Assembly: GCF_006345805.1 (NCBI RefSeq)
Contig: NC_043004.1
Coordinates: 51,088,001 to 51,152,000, forward strand
Source: Octopus sinensis
Taxonomy: Eukaryota
Reading direction: 5' to 3'
DNA length: 64,000 nucleotides
Numbering within the stretch: position 1 is the stretch's first letter; the number at the start of each line of letters is the position of its first letter. Below are positions 1 through 17,570 of the stretch, piece by piece. The notes below the pieces were generated by a model. The model made no database searches, was not told the origin of the DNA, and saw only the letters and a program-made list of their open reading frames with translations. The position numbers were made by a program, and so were the translations under genes.

Positions 1-342
1 CCATCATCATCATCGCCATCGCCATCGCCATCTCCATCACCATCACCATCACCATCCTCTTCGTCATCGTCATCGCCATCGCTATCGCCATCGCCATCAT
101 CATCATCATCGTCATCGTCATCGTCATCGTCGTCATCATCATCATCATCATCATCATCACCATCACCATCATCACCATCACCATCACCGTCACCACCACC
201 ATCACCTCACCATCATCATCACCATCATCATCATCATCATCATCATCATCACCATCGCCATCGCCATCGCCATCATAATCATCATCATCATCATCATCAT
301 CATCGTCATCGTCTTCGCCATCGCCATCACCATCACCGTCAC

Positions 343-392
<50 letters not shown>

Positions 393-559
393 CCATCACC
401 ATCACCATCATCTTCATCATCACCATCATCATCATCATCATCATCATCATCGCCGTCGCCATCGCCATCACCATCACCATCACCATCATCTTCATCATCA
501 TCATCATCATCATCATCACATCACCATCACCGTCACCATCACCTCACCATCATCATCAC

Positions 560-602
<43 letters not shown>

Positions 603-987
603 GCCATCGCCATCGCCGTCGCCATCGCCATCATCATCATCATCATCATCGCCATCGTCATCGCCATCGCCATCGCCATCACCATCACCGTCACCATCAC
701 CTCACCATCATCATCACCATCATCATCATCATCATCATCATCATCGCCATCGCCATCGTCATCGCCATCGCCATCACCATCACCATCGTCATCGCCATCG
801 TCATCGCCATCGCCATCGCCATCAACATCACCATCACCATCATCATCACCATCATCATCATCATCATCGTCATCGCCATCGCCATCGCCCTCGCCATCAT
901 TATCATCATCATCATCGTCGTCATCGTCATCGCCATGTCCATCACCAACACCATCACCATCACCATCGCCATCACCATCACTATCAC

Positions 988-1022
<35 letters not shown>

Positions 1023-1081
1023 CTATCACCATCATCATCATCATCATCATCATCATTACCATCATCATCACCATCCCCATC

Positions 1082-1113
<32 letters not shown>

Positions 1114-1304
1114 CATCATCATCACCCTCACCATCACCCACACCATCATCATCCTCATCATCGCCATCGCCATCATCATCATCGCCATCGTCATCGTCAT
1201 CGTCGTCGCCGTCGCCGTCACCGTCACCGTCATCGCCATCGCCATCATCATCATCATCATCATCATCACCACCATCATCATCATCATCATCATCATCATC
1301 GTCG

Positions 1305-1350
<46 letters not shown>

Positions 1351-1364
1351 TATTATTATTATTA
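1..1364. repeat. Compound (CAT/CAC/CGC/CGT)n microsatellite ending in (TTA)n
   Basis: Direct reading; yields poly-M/D/I ORFs. Confidence 0.98.
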
Positions 1365-2255
1365 CATATTTGACTTTTGCTTTATATTTGTACAAGTTGG
1401 CTCCAAGTCTCACCCAGAGACCTCAAGAGACAACAGGTTGGAAGTTCACGTTGTTGTTATACCTTGTGTGCCATATATTTGGTTGTTTTTCTGTTTTACT
1501 AGTGGATCTCTAAAAAAAAATGTTTGTTTTAAACCTTGAGATTACATAGAAAGTACTTTGCGTAGGGTATGAGTAGTTCCCATGAGCACTACCTTTTGAA
1601 TTTCTGCCATTTTTGGGTTTCCTGTTAGGTAGCAATCAGCCCCTTTTGCTATCATTCCCAGGGCACCTATGACAACAGGTATTGTTTTAGTCTTCAGGTT
1701 CCACAGTTTGCTGATTTCTATTTCAAGATCTTTATATTTGCTCAGTTTTTGGTAGGTCTTGACAGATACGTTTATATCGATTGGGACAGTCATATCAATG
1801 AGGAGGCATGTTCTTTGTTTGAAGTCTTTCAATATGGTGTCTGGCCTATTTGCATCTATCTTTCTGTCAGTTTGAATGGTGAAGTTCCAGAGGAGTGAGA
1901 TGTGGTCATTTTCAAGCACTGGGGGTGGTTTGTGTTCCCACCAGTTTTTTTCATGGGGAAAATCCAGGTTTTTGCAGATTACCCAGTGAATATATTGTGC
2001 AGTTCTATCATGCCTGTTGAGATACTCTGTAGGCGCTAGAAGACTGCACTTGGAGACCACATGATCAATGGTTTCATTTTGTTGCTGACATACACGACAT
2101 GTTGGGCTACTGCCGATCTTTAATATGTTGGCCTTGTAGTTTCTTGTTGGTAGGCATTGATCTTGAGCTGCTATGATAAACCCTTCTGTTTCAGATTTTT
2201 AGCCAGAGGTCATTAGCCATTGATGGGTCAGGTCTTTGTCAACATCTGCATTTAG

Positions 2256-2256
<1 letters not shown>
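1365..2256 (-). mobile_element. 5'-truncated R4/Dong-clade (REL endonuclease) non-LTR retrotransposon
   Basis: ETEGFIIAAQDQ, zinc knuckle CRVC..ETIDHVVSKC, NRPD...IDMTVP...KYKDL; one in-frame stop near 2200; 3' UTR; flanked on both sides by TAA repeats. Confidence 0.9.

Positions 2257-2338
<82 letters not shown>
2257..2338. repeat. (ATT)n microsatellite
   Basis: Pure triplet run. Confidence 0.98.
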
Positions 2339-2339
<1 letters not shown>

Positions 2340-3696
2340 AACGGAAAGACTGAATAGAGGATTTAAAGTCCTTCTGGAGAGTAAATCTTCAAAATGAGAG
2401 GAGAGCCAGTCGTGATCTGTCGTGTTAAATTCCACTGTGCAACCAACGCACTTCACCGGATGCAGCTATAACTACTCCAACCATGCAACAGCCATTTTGT
2501 TTGAATTCTCACTAATGGTCTGTCTTTTATTTTTAGCTTTGGCAGAACCAGATTAAGATTTCGTAAACCCCTGGTTTCCAAGTACTGCGAGATCCCTTAC
2601 AGATATTTTCATAACAATTCACATAATCTTCGGAGGCTGTCCAGCTGAGCTGTCGTTCCTTAAGTTCATGTCTTAACTCGACACTCATCCTTGGAAATTC
2701 TCTCACATGTTCTTGTCCTCTTCCTCTTCCCCTTCTATCTTTATAATCCTTCCTTTCTCACTGTTTGTGAGTAACGTTCCTTTATTTATTCCCTACCACC
2801 AAGTCTAGTAGGTGCATTCATCATGCAACTCTTTCTTTTACTCTCTGTCCCCCTCTCTCTATGCCATTTAAAGCATCAATAAAGAAGTGAACCTACCAAC
2901 CAACCTACCAACCAACTAATATTTATATCAGCTTTTATTGTTTTGTCTTTAATTTTTACCTGTTTCAATCACTGGACAGTGGCCAAGCTGGAACATTGCC
3001 CTAAAAGATTTAGCGGAACAAATCTACCACAGTATTTATGTACTGAGGTAATTTGCACACATGTACGCCCCCCCCCTCCACCACCTCCACCAAATACACA
3101 TACATATGAGCGAGCAAGAACAAGAAAAGACACGAGAGGAATATGTTTTAACAAAGGTGGTATTAGTACAAAGCTTAAAATGAAAGAGAAAAGGTCTTCA
3201 ACGTTTCGGATACGAGTCCGTTATCAGAAACAAAAAAAAGTGGAGGAAGTGTGATGGAAAGAGAAAAAATGCATAAGGGCCAGATGGGAATGTGGTTATA
3301 TGAGGGGAGAGTTAGAAAGAGAGGAGGCGGGATGGTGTGCGCATGTATAGGAGGATATCAATGTAGGGAGATGGGCATAAGGGGGATATGTGTGAGCGGC
3401 GTAGGGAGCAGATGGCTACCATATATTTCCGTCTACCACATCCACTCACAAAGCTTTGGTTGGCCCAAGGCTATAGTAAGCTCAAGGTGCCGAGCAGTCG
3501 GACCGAACGCGGGAACCATGCGGCTACAAAAATACCTTTTTTTTGTTGTTTTTTTTTTGCTCAAGTCTGTGAGGTGAGGTCTTTGCTGCGTTATTATTAT
3601 ATTGTTTGGCAAAAAGAGCGCTTTCTTATTTATCAGCAGCATTTAAAAGTCGGTTGATCAACCTACTTCTGTTTACGCTCCTACTTTTGTTTACGC

Positions 3697-7220
<3,524 letters not shown>

Positions 7221-8927
7221 CACTCACACAAACACACCTACACTTCTGTTTTCGCAAACATCATGTACTGATTTCTAGATAACCTACTTTACGCGAGATA
7301 CAAATGTATCGCAAAAGACCTTGGCAGAGTAGATTAAAAATGTACCTAAGCGAGTATCTTTATTAGTCGCTAGCGACCACGACAGTTGCACGCTACAACA
7401 CTTCCACGCATACTAAGTTACCTCTGCGCATGCTCACTCCTGCTACGATCCCCGCTACTGAGTACGCAAAGTACTCGATATCTCGTTAAAAACTATTACA
7501 ATGTGCAGGATAGCGACTACCTGCCAACTAGCCATGCCTAAGTTGTGGCACAAAGGTGAAAATAGTTCTTTCATGATTCGCAATTTCCCAAACGGCACGA
7601 GACCAAGATCTTGCACATTTTTCAGTTTTTCAACCTATCCTGCGTAATGTTTTCATGTTTTCATGTTTTCAGAATAAGCAGACATCCTCATGCGTAGATG
7701 ATAGTAAGCACAAAATCCTCACACCTTTCCCCATACACATCTGAGCGGCGAGTGCAATCTTCTATAAGCCGCCTTGAAACTACGAAATATACTGTCGCCC
7801 TTGTAATTAACAGCATAAAAGAAAAATTAAGTACAACCAAACATTACACTCAATGACCATAAGTGCCTCTCATACCTGATAGTAGACCCAAATCTCGCTG
7901 TTATCCCCACACTCAGCAGTGTAGCTATTCCATTTTTTTCCTCAACGATATATGACAGAAACTTGGTTTGAAAATAACAGACTTCAAATAACATCTACCA
8001 AATGAAGATGCTACTTGCAAAACAAGAGAATTTTTTTTAAAAACCATACATCATAACCAATAACCATAAGTGTCATAAACGTACAAGACAAAAATGAAAC
8101 AACACCGTCACAAATGACGCACATAGATATTAAGAACAATCACATATACCATATTTTGTCAAAAAATTTTTTTTTTAAATAAAACAAAAAATTCAGCCAC
8201 GACGTACATACAGAAAGAAAAAAAAAACAGAGCATTAAATCCATCAAGGGCTTTGCTAGTCCTACGTGGAGCCCCAATATCTCTTCACACAAATCTTATC
8301 ATAATCACCAATGAACACAAAATTACATATTTGCCATCATAATAAAAAGTGACAAAAAAGCCACATTCTTCTGATGATAGTGACTTGACCTTGCCTTACG
8401 AATCCAAAGGAACACGTATTGTTCATACACCTACGATATTATGATTCTTTATTAGGTAATGAGCAGGGTTACTGCATAAGCCACGGTTTACTCGAAACAG
8501 CTGTCAAGATAAGATTATTACATAACTCGTTTTGTTTATTTTGTATTCTATATTTCGTCTTCTGTATTTTATATATATACTAGCAGAGATACCCGGCGTT
8601 GCTCGGGATTAATATGGCATAGTTTTTTTATTGCTTTACTTGCTGGAGAAACGCCTTTAGTCGAAGAAATCGACCCCATGATTTATTCTTTGCAAGCATA
8701 GTACTTATTTTATCAGTGTGTTTTAAAACACGGCTAAATTGCGGGGACGTAAACTTAACAACATATATATATATATATGAATGGATGAATGAATTATCCT
8801 TTGTTTACAGTTAACACGGAGAATTCAATAAACAGTTACCAGGGTAGCAAAATTCACGCAAGTAACAAGGATGTAGCGACCTATTCAAAGGTAGAAACTC
8901 CGGGTTAATGTGCAGTAATTTGTATAG

Positions 8928-9116
8928 TATAAGTAAATAAATGGAGTTGAACGCAGATGTTATTAAAATTCTTTTATTTTCGGACAACATTGGTTTTATT
9001 CCAAAGGAATAAACCCTATATTCCTTTGGAATAAAACCAATGTTGTCTTCGAAACATATGTTGAAAGTAAAAGAATTTTAATGATATCTGCGTTCAACTC
9101 CATTTATTTACTTATA
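8928..9116. repeat. Foldback containing the 3' half of a hammerhead-type motif
   Basis: Nested inverted arms around a 7-nt loop; right arm carries cgaaacatatgtt, deleted in the left arm. Confidence 0.85.
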
Positions 9117-9121
9117 TATAT

Positions 9122-9368
9122 ATAGTTATCGCCAAGCTAACTTAGCAGTCCAGAAAAATAGGACGAATGCTGCCGTTGATTAGCTCCAAGAAGCCATCGC
9201 TTCAAGCTAGCTATGTAACACACAAACCCGTGTCCATTACAACCTTCGAACAGGGGAGGCCATCGGCATGCTGGTTCAAGCAACAACAGACTAGTTTCTC
9301 ATGGAGCTAATCAACGGCAGCATTCGTCCTATTTTTCTGTACTGCCATGTTAGCTTGGCGATAACTAT
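9122..9368. mobile_element. MITE with 67-bp TIRs
   Basis: 9122-9188 vs 9302-9368, 3 mismatches, TA-type flanks. Confidence 0.8.
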
Positions 9369-9430
9369 TAATACCCAATACTACTGCCGTAGTCTCCTTT
9401 AGAGAGATTTAGAAATAATAATATTCTCTC

Positions 9431-9461
<31 letters not shown>

Positions 9462-9494
9462 ATCTCTCTATATATTATATATATATATATATAT

Positions 9495-9542
<48 letters not shown>

Positions 9543-9554
9543 TATACATATATC

Positions 9555-9628
<74 letters not shown>

Positions 9629-9764
9629 GTATGTATGTATGTATGTGTTGTGTTTGTGTGTGTGTGTGTGTGTAATTCGCGGGGAAATTCGAGTTAAATA
9701 ATATGTACTCTATAACATGTATTTAGCACTCCTTTCTTATTTGTTAGACGCAATTCAACGTTTG

Positions 9765-9805
<41 letters not shown>

Positions 9806-10248
9806 CCTCTGTGTGTTTCTGTGTGTGTGTGTGAATTTGTATAATTACGTAGGCGTATGTCGAGGTCCCAGCTATGGTTTAATTAGCATATCAAGGCTTG
9901 CCTGCCTGTGCATGTAAAGACAGGATCCGGCAGATTCTGCGGAAGAAACCTTCATGCTTCAATGGAGGAAAAGGCGGATGCAGCCACGCTTTGTGAAGTG
10001 CAGAGAATAAGATAAGCAAGTAAGACATCTTGATCGTCCACTGCATTTGTTTCCATCCTCAGCTGGTCGACTCGGCCCGGTCTTGCTACTTGGGTTGAAG
10101 ATAGTCACGGACGAGAAAGTTAGACCTACGGTGCACAATTCTTCTTTACTTTTAACAAAATTCAGTTATTAGTCATCCTTAAGGCTGGCTAGATGTTCCT
10201 CGTTACTCGAATGGACGAATATGTGTGAGCGCGTGTACACACACACAC

Positions 10249-10298
<50 letters not shown>

Positions 10299-10754
10299 TC
10301 CAATTAGAGGGTCATGTAAGGCGGCGAGCTGGCAGAATCGTTAGCACGCCGGGGAAAATGCTTAGCAGCATTTCGTCCGTCTTCACGTCCTGGGTTCAAA
10401 TTTCGCTGAGCTGAACTTTGTCTTTCGTTCTTTCGGGATCGATAAATTCAGTATCGGTGAAATACTGAAGTCGATGTAATCGACTTGTCCCCTCCCCACA
10501 AATTTCAGGCCTTGTGCCTTCAGTAGAAAGGATAATTAAGGGATCATGTACTGAATGCCGTAGTTCACAGTCCGTCTTGAATTTATTGAAATTTTCCCTA
10601 TAAGTTGAAGAAATAAAATGAAAAGGTGTAACAAGTTTTTGTAACCCTCCGAGATAAAGGAAGAGAACCTCAAAGAATTATGAATTTATTTGTCAAGTTA
10701 ATTTATACGTTAAAGGAAAAGGCAGTATGGTCTTTATTTACAGACCGGGAAGAA

Positions 10755-10796
10755 CTATGGACATATGTTTCGGTCTATTTGACCTCGTTAGTATAG
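10755..10796 (-). ncRNA. Degenerate hammerhead remnant (G5->A)
   Basis: ctata-CTAACGA-ggtc(aaata)gacc-GAAA-catatg-TC-catag. Confidence 0.5.
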
Positions 10797-10995
10797 CATA
10801 CTTTTTTCATATACACATAAATTAAGTTGGGAAATTTATTGCTTTTACTCTTTTACTTGTTTCGCCTGTAGTCGAGCAAATCAACCCCAGGACTTATTCT
10901 TTGTAAGCCCAGTACTTATTCTATCGGCCTCGTTTGCCGAACCGCTAAGTTACGGGGGGCGTAAACACACCAGCATCAGTTGTCAAGCGATGCTG

Positions 10996-11095
10996 NNNNN
11001 NNNNNNNNNNNNNNNNNNNNNNNNNNNNNNNNNNNNNNNNNNNNNNNNNNNNNNNNNNNNNNNNNNNNNNNNNNNNNNNNNNNNNNNNNNNNNNN
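10996..11095. other. Assembly gap (100 N) between two different SINE fragments
   Basis: N run; round length suggests a placeholder of unknown true size. Confidence 0.99.
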
Positions 11096-12275
11096 TCTGG
11101 CACCTGTGTCGGTGGCACATAAAATCACCCACTACACTCTCGGAGTGGTTGGCGTTAGGAAGGGCATCCAGCTGTAGAAACACTGCCAGATCTGACTGGA
11201 CTGGTGCAGCTTTCGGGCTCCCCAGACCCCAGTTGAACCGTCCAACCCATGCTAGCATGGAAAGCGGACGTTAAATGATGATGATGATGATGATGATGAT
11301 GATATATATATATATATATATATATATAGCTAAATCACTACCTGACGTAGAGAAATTTCTGGTGTGGAAGCAAAGCCTGGAATCTAAGGGCATTAGACCA
11401 GAATGAGACGAAAATAGTGAATGCTTCTCCATCCTCTTCTAATTTCCTTTTTCTTCCCCTCTGTTGCCCTTACATGTGTTTCATTTGTTAATAGTCATTA
11501 CAACATTGTACACGTCAAAAAACATCATGTTAGATATCTCATATTAGAAATTTTTTAGACAGATAATCAAATAATATTTGGTGGCGAGCTGGCAGAATTG
11601 TTAGACACCGGGGAAAAATGAATAGCACTATTTTGTCCAACTTTACGTTCTGAGTTCAAATTCTACAGAAGTTAACTTTACCTTTCATCCTTGCAAGGGG
11701 CTAGGCTTCTCTATTACACAAGTTCTAAGGCCTGGTTCTGATAGAGTAAGTGCATTAAGTATGAGTTGAGTACTGTGGTTGATGGAATCAACTAGGACCC
11801 TTCTTCCAAAATTTCAGGCCTTGTGCCTATAATAAAAAGTATTATTGCCATAAGAATTGTTATGTAAATGATGACTATACTTTATACTATTACTATAGAT
11901 AACATCAGTGTTAACACAACTATAAGCATTATATGCTGACTGTCTACTCGTGACCAAGAAAAAATATCACTGATCATTGAAAACATTGTGCAATCAGACA
12001 AAATTATGCAGTTTACTTGCGGATCCATGAATGACTAATGAACCCAGCTCTTGATAAACATACACGACCGCTCCTATTGAAGACAAACCTTTCTCCAAAG
12101 CCCCAGTGCTCAAGATGTCAGTTCCTCTCAAAGCCTCTCTGTCTGCAGTCAACAATGACTACCCAACATTCAGAATGTGTTTCAGACATCTGAGATGGAA
12201 GCGTTGAAGGACCCTTACATGGTGTCTATAAAGGATCCATATCTCTCATGAGAAAAAGAGTGTCAGCACTCACAC

Positions 12276-15200
12276 TGTTACACATTCATATCTATGTGTA
12301 TACGTGGGTATTGAACTCATGCTCGGTACCACAGTATGTGTATATCACAGAGTGATATCTTGCCTGTCAACCTTTACAAAAAGATGTTCCCAGAACACAT
12401 GACACTAGAGGATAAAGTCAAAGAAGGAATCCTCACACCAAGTGATGTAATCCTCACTGCGTACGGAGGTACCAGGATTCCACAACTGAGCAAAACAACA
12501 ATCACAGGGACACACAAAGGAAAAATAATCAAGTGTTCTTTTTATGTCACAAGAACAGAAGGACCAGCATTTCTTGGACTCAATACCTGCAAAAAGCTAA
12601 ATATTGTGTCAATCAATGGTGAAGTGAAGGCAGCTCCGAGCAGGATTGACCACCAATCACAAACAAAGAAGAACTGATAAGCATGTATCCTGAATGCTTT
12701 GATGATACAGTTGGGTGCTTTGTGAAATGTCGATACCATATAAAAGTCGACCCCAATATCAAACCAATTGGTCACCCACCTCGCCGCGTCCCTCTAGAAC
12801 TAAAAGAGAAGCTGAAGGCAGAGTTGGACAGAATGGAAAAAATAGAAATAATCACCAAAGTGACACGACCAACAGACTGGGTGAATTCAATTGTAATCAA
12901 GGAAAAACCCAATGGTACCCTACGGATATGCCTCGACCCAAGGGACCTGAACAAGGCATTAAAAAGAGAGTACCATCCAATTCCAACCCTTGAAGAAATC
13001 ACACCATCATTGGCTGGATCCAAATTATTCAGCAAACTGGATGCCAGTAATGGGTACTGGAATGTAAAGATAGACAAAGAGTCACCCATGCTCACTACCT
13101 TCAACACACCATTTGGCAGATATCGATTCAATCGACTCCCATTTGCATTGAAGGTGAGCCAAGATGTTTTCCAGCGCCAAATAGATGAGACCTACCAAGG
13201 CTGCAAGGGAGCAGTTGGGATAGCAGATGACATCCAAGTGCATGGCAAGGATGAAACCACACATGACTTCAATTTACATGAAGCTATGGAGAAAACCTGA
13301 CAAGCAGGCATCAAACTCAATGCAGACAAGTGTGTGATAAAAGCAAAGGAGTGCAAATTCTTTGGAATTATATACTCTGCAGAGGGAGTTAAACCAGACC
13401 CCGCTAAAGTGGAAGCCATCAGAGACATCAAAGAACCCAAAGACAAGAAGGAACTCAGGAGCTTCCTGGGACTCATCCACTACATGGGAGCCTTCATACC
13501 CAAGCTGGCCGATCACACTGCAAATCTCCAAGAACTAAACAAAGATGACGTAGAGTTTGATTGGTGTGCTTCACACACACAGGTTTTCAAAGCAATCAAA
13601 AAGCTCATCAGTAAGGAGACAACTCTGCAATACTATGACAGACGCAAACCAGTAATACACTCCAAGTCGATGCTTCTATGAGAGGAGTTGGCGCAGCACT
13701 GATACAGGAAGGTAAACCCATTGCATATGCCTCGAAAGCTCTCTCACCCACAGAGACAAGGTACGCAAATATTGAAAGGGAACTCCTGGCAGTAGTATAT
13801 GGATGTGAAAAGTTCCATACATACCTGTATGGCAGACATTTCAATATTGAAACAGACCATCGCCCGCTAGAACAAATACATAGAAAAAACCTCACGAAAG
13901 CACCAGCCAGACTGAAAAGATTACTGTTAAGGCTTCAAACATACGACTATGACATCAGGTACAAGCCAGGAAAAGACCTGATATTGGCGGATGCTCTTTC
14001 CAGACTATCCTCACATGATAAACAGGAGATGGAAGGACTAAGCATAAAGGTTCACCACATTGTAAATGTAACAACCACAAAGCTAGCAGAAATCAAAGAG
14101 GAGACCAGCAAAGATGAAGAACTGCTGCTCCTTACTCAGATGGTGATTCAGGGGTGGCCAAAACAATCACTACAGTGGCTCGAGGACTTCCAGCAGAGCA
14201 AGGAATACCAGAGCAGATCATATGTGACAATGGAACCCAGTTCCCATCGCAAGAATTCAAAAAGCTAGTCGATGAGTATGGGTTCAATATTACAACCTCA
14301 TCTCCACACTACCCCAAAGGTCATGGGTTTATAGAAAGATAGGTGCAGACAGTGAAGCGAACACTAGTCAAATGCCGAGAGACTAAGGAAGACCCACACC
14401 TGGCACTTCTGTCCCTACTGAGAGCTGACATGAAATCCCCAGCAGAATTGCTGAATGGCAGGAAGTACAAAACTACCCTGCCAACTAAGATCCAACCTCC
14501 TATTGACCAGGAAGGGACGGGGGCAAAGCTAGCAGCCACTCAAGAACAATCACAGAAATATTACAACAAACATGCACAATATTTACCTGAGATACTTGGA
14601 GGACAACATGTGCATACTCAAGATCCATAACTAAAACATGGATCCCAGCACGGGTTGTCAGTAGAGCTAAAACTCCAAGATCGTATATAATAGAAACGGA
14701 ATCTGGTAGGCAGCTGAGACGCAACAGGGCCCACATCCGCCCAACACCAAAGCTGTCGAGGACAACGTGTACAACACCTGCTGCATCAGTGACAACACCC
14801 ACAGAATCATCACCCCAACGGGCACCAACCACCCATCAGTAGCCCAATAACACACCTCAGACACCGGTGCGAAGCACAAGATCCACCAGATGAAGATCGA
14901 ACATTCTGCCACCGGTTCGACACCGTTAAAGAAAAAAAAAAAGAAAATGAAAAGATAAATAACTAATTCTACTAGATTACAAAGCAGAGGCAGAATAATC
15001 TCACGGTTTCTGCTGCAGGATTGCCACCTCGCGCTGACAATCCATTAGAGTAAGGGAGACTACTTGTATTTGTCTTCACTGCCAAAAGACCCCTTTATTT
15101 TTTTCAAGAAGAAGGGATGTTACACATTCATATCTATGTGTATACGTAGGTATACGTGTGTAGAATACATCCCCACTTTTGGCACTATTTTGTTAGTAAA

Positions 15201-15349
15201 CAGTACAAACTGTGTCTAAAGTATATATTTATCACTACTCTAAATGTTGACAGTTCGTGTAACATGTAAAGTAAATAAACACGTAAAACAATAACAATGC
15301 CTTCATTTGAGTTGTCTATGACCCATCAAGAATGGAACTACACATAACA
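12276..15349 (+). mobile_element. Internally deleted Ty3/gypsy LTR retrotransposon (Mag/K02A2.6-like pol)
   Basis: Termini TGTTA...TAACA, cacac TSD on both sides, PPT aagaagaaggga 15106-15117; RT (LDPRDLN, IADDI), RNase H (DAS..GVGA, ERELLA, TDHRPL) and partial integrase (DNG); stops and frameshifts. Confidence 0.93.
15118..15349 (+). repeat. Complete 3' LTR (232 bp); only the first 36 bp of the 5' LTR remain (12276-12311)
   Basis: 35/36 identity at the LTR starts; follows the PPT. Confidence 0.85.
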
Positions 15350-16378
15350 CACACACAGTACACAGCAATTTTTGTTCATTTTGGGATGCCACGTTGAGAC
15401 CAGACACAAGACTCGAGAGCCCTGAAAGAATCAGTTGCCTTCTGAAGCTCTAAGGAGCAAGAATGGATGAGTGTACTGCCCAGGTAAACAAAAGTCTACC
15501 ACTAAAGAATATTAGATTCATAATAGCAAAAGTATTATACAATATTGTACAAAATAAGATTTTTTTTCTTCCAACATAATAACCGGTTTTGCTATCGCTT
15601 TTCAAATTTTGAGTTTTGGGTGAAATTCTGAATTAGACATTTTGTTTGTTAGAGGGGAATAATTGGTAATCAAGGTATTTTTCAGTAAAGTGGGATTGTA
15701 CAATACTGTATAATACTTTTACTATTATTATTCTAATACACCGTAAAAACCCATGTAATTTGCGTACCTGTGTAATTTACAGAGGTGATTTTCAGGATAA
15801 AAATTGTTATAAAAAGCTTCTACTCGTATAAAATTCGCACCCAAAGGTTTTCAGAATTGCCAATATGACCAGGGGGAAAACGTTTTCAATTTAGTTGTAT
15901 TTAGCCTAATTTCACTTAGTTATGATTAGTTTTTATTAAATTTTCACTAAATAAAAATAATTTCTGTTTAACAAGTATCACATTGAAAGCTATTAAATTA
16001 CGAAATGTCTGTGTTGTTTATAATAAACTTTATTTTACATTTCTTGCTCACAAGATATTATATCCGATCTTTAGTATACTTCTGTATGTCTTCTCAAATC
16101 ACAATCACAGGAAAAGTTGTTCACAATTCTTATCAACAAAAACAAAGCTGATAAATATGCACAAGTGTTGCAAAATAAGTTTAATTACCAATAAACATCA
16201 ACTTGGATGACACTCTACTCAACAGATAGCGGAAGGTGACCGATCAAAACTATTGCAAAGTTTGCAAGACGCAACGAAAATTTTAGGAAAATAAAAATAA
16301 GAAATAAGTGGAAATTTTACCGGTGAGTGTGTTACATGATAAGGCACAAAAAGAAAATGACTCTCCCGTGACACAACA

Positions 16379-16415
<37 letters not shown>

Positions 16416-16552
16416 CCACAACCCTTGATCCTTTCTTTGAAGAGATGTTATAGGTCATCAGCCATTAGGGGTCTGGTGGGATGTGTGTAAAGCTAAGCAC
16501 TTTATGGGTGTGAAACCCTGGGTAACGCTATGAACCAGCCATAACTTACACA

Positions 16553-16627
<75 letters not shown>

Positions 16628-16809
16628 AACACACACACACAAAAATATACAAATATACATAAATACATACAAATACACTTACATAAAATGTATATGTATG
16701 TATGCATGGATGGACGGATGGATGTCCAGTAAGTATTCATATGTCAGAAAAAGCAGGCACTTAGAAATGGATGGATACAATATAAGGTGAGCTTCTGGCC
16801 ACAGTGATA

Positions 16810-17570
16810 GCAGTAGAGCAATTCTATATTGAGAATGCTTATTCATCTATATAGAGGGACTTGTTGTACAGGACACTTGGCTTCAAAAAAGACTATATTG
16901 AAATTAGTGACAGGAATATAGGTATTATCATGCATGCCAGAAAACGTCTGCTGTTTAACAAATGTTTGGCCTGAGTCAAATGGACTGACTTGAAAGGCTC
17001 CTTTGGTGTTGGCAATAGAAGCATTTGACAAAGCTAATAAATGTGATCTTATGGGTCACTTTTATTCTAGATATGCAATGTAAGGAATTCCTCTAAACGA
17101 GCTTGAGCCTATATAGGTGTGACACCTTGGCCTTATTGAAAGGGGTAAAGGGTCATTGCATTCACTATGCTCCAGAAGGACCTGACTCATGCCCTTAATG
17201 CCCTTGATTAGGGGAGAGGGTGAAAGTTGTATGGTGTCTCATTGACACACCATGAGTGTTGGAGGGGAGAGAGAGAGAGAGAGATGTTCCTATGGCCAGG
17301 GTGCCAGACAAAAGAACGAGGTGGTCCTTTGGCAATGTGCTGGATGAGACAGATGCTCCTCCAGCAAGAAGAGGCTGGGTGAAAATATGGGAAGTGGTCC
17401 TGAAGAATTCGGTTTGGTATTCTGTATTTACACACGTCAAAAATTAGAAGCAGGTCAGAGAACAAAGACTGGTTAATGCATCTGTGTTGAACTGAATTGC
17501 ACCGAAAGATTTTCAAGGAAACAATTACACTTATCTTAGCATGACACTTGAGTCTCGTAAATCTCTTAGT
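16810..17570 (+). mobile_element. Decayed Penelope-like reverse transcriptase remnant (YRDDGL type)
   Basis: Broken frames give QFYIENAYSSI*RDLL...IIMHARKRLLFNK, AFDKANKCDLMG, LYRCDTLALLKG and RKIFKETITL; these resemble PLE RT FYPSI...HARKSLLF, GSYDGAEICELVG and LYRDDGL. Confidence 0.55.

Noticed and set aside
202-1513. Long poly-M, poly-D and poly-I ORFs
   Set aside because: Translations of the CAT microsatellite; no splice or homology support
8455-8515. ctcGAAAcagctgTC hammerhead-like 3' half
   Set aside because: Upstream core (gtaatga) and stems I and II do not pair; at most a decayed PLE tail
10980-11274. ORFs spanning X residues
   Set aside because: They cross the 100-N gap and join unrelated SINE fragments
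17208-17516. SFVWHPGHRNI resembling an RNase H motif
   Set aside because: No other RNase H catalytic motifs; the flanking homology is to a PLE RT on the opposite strand
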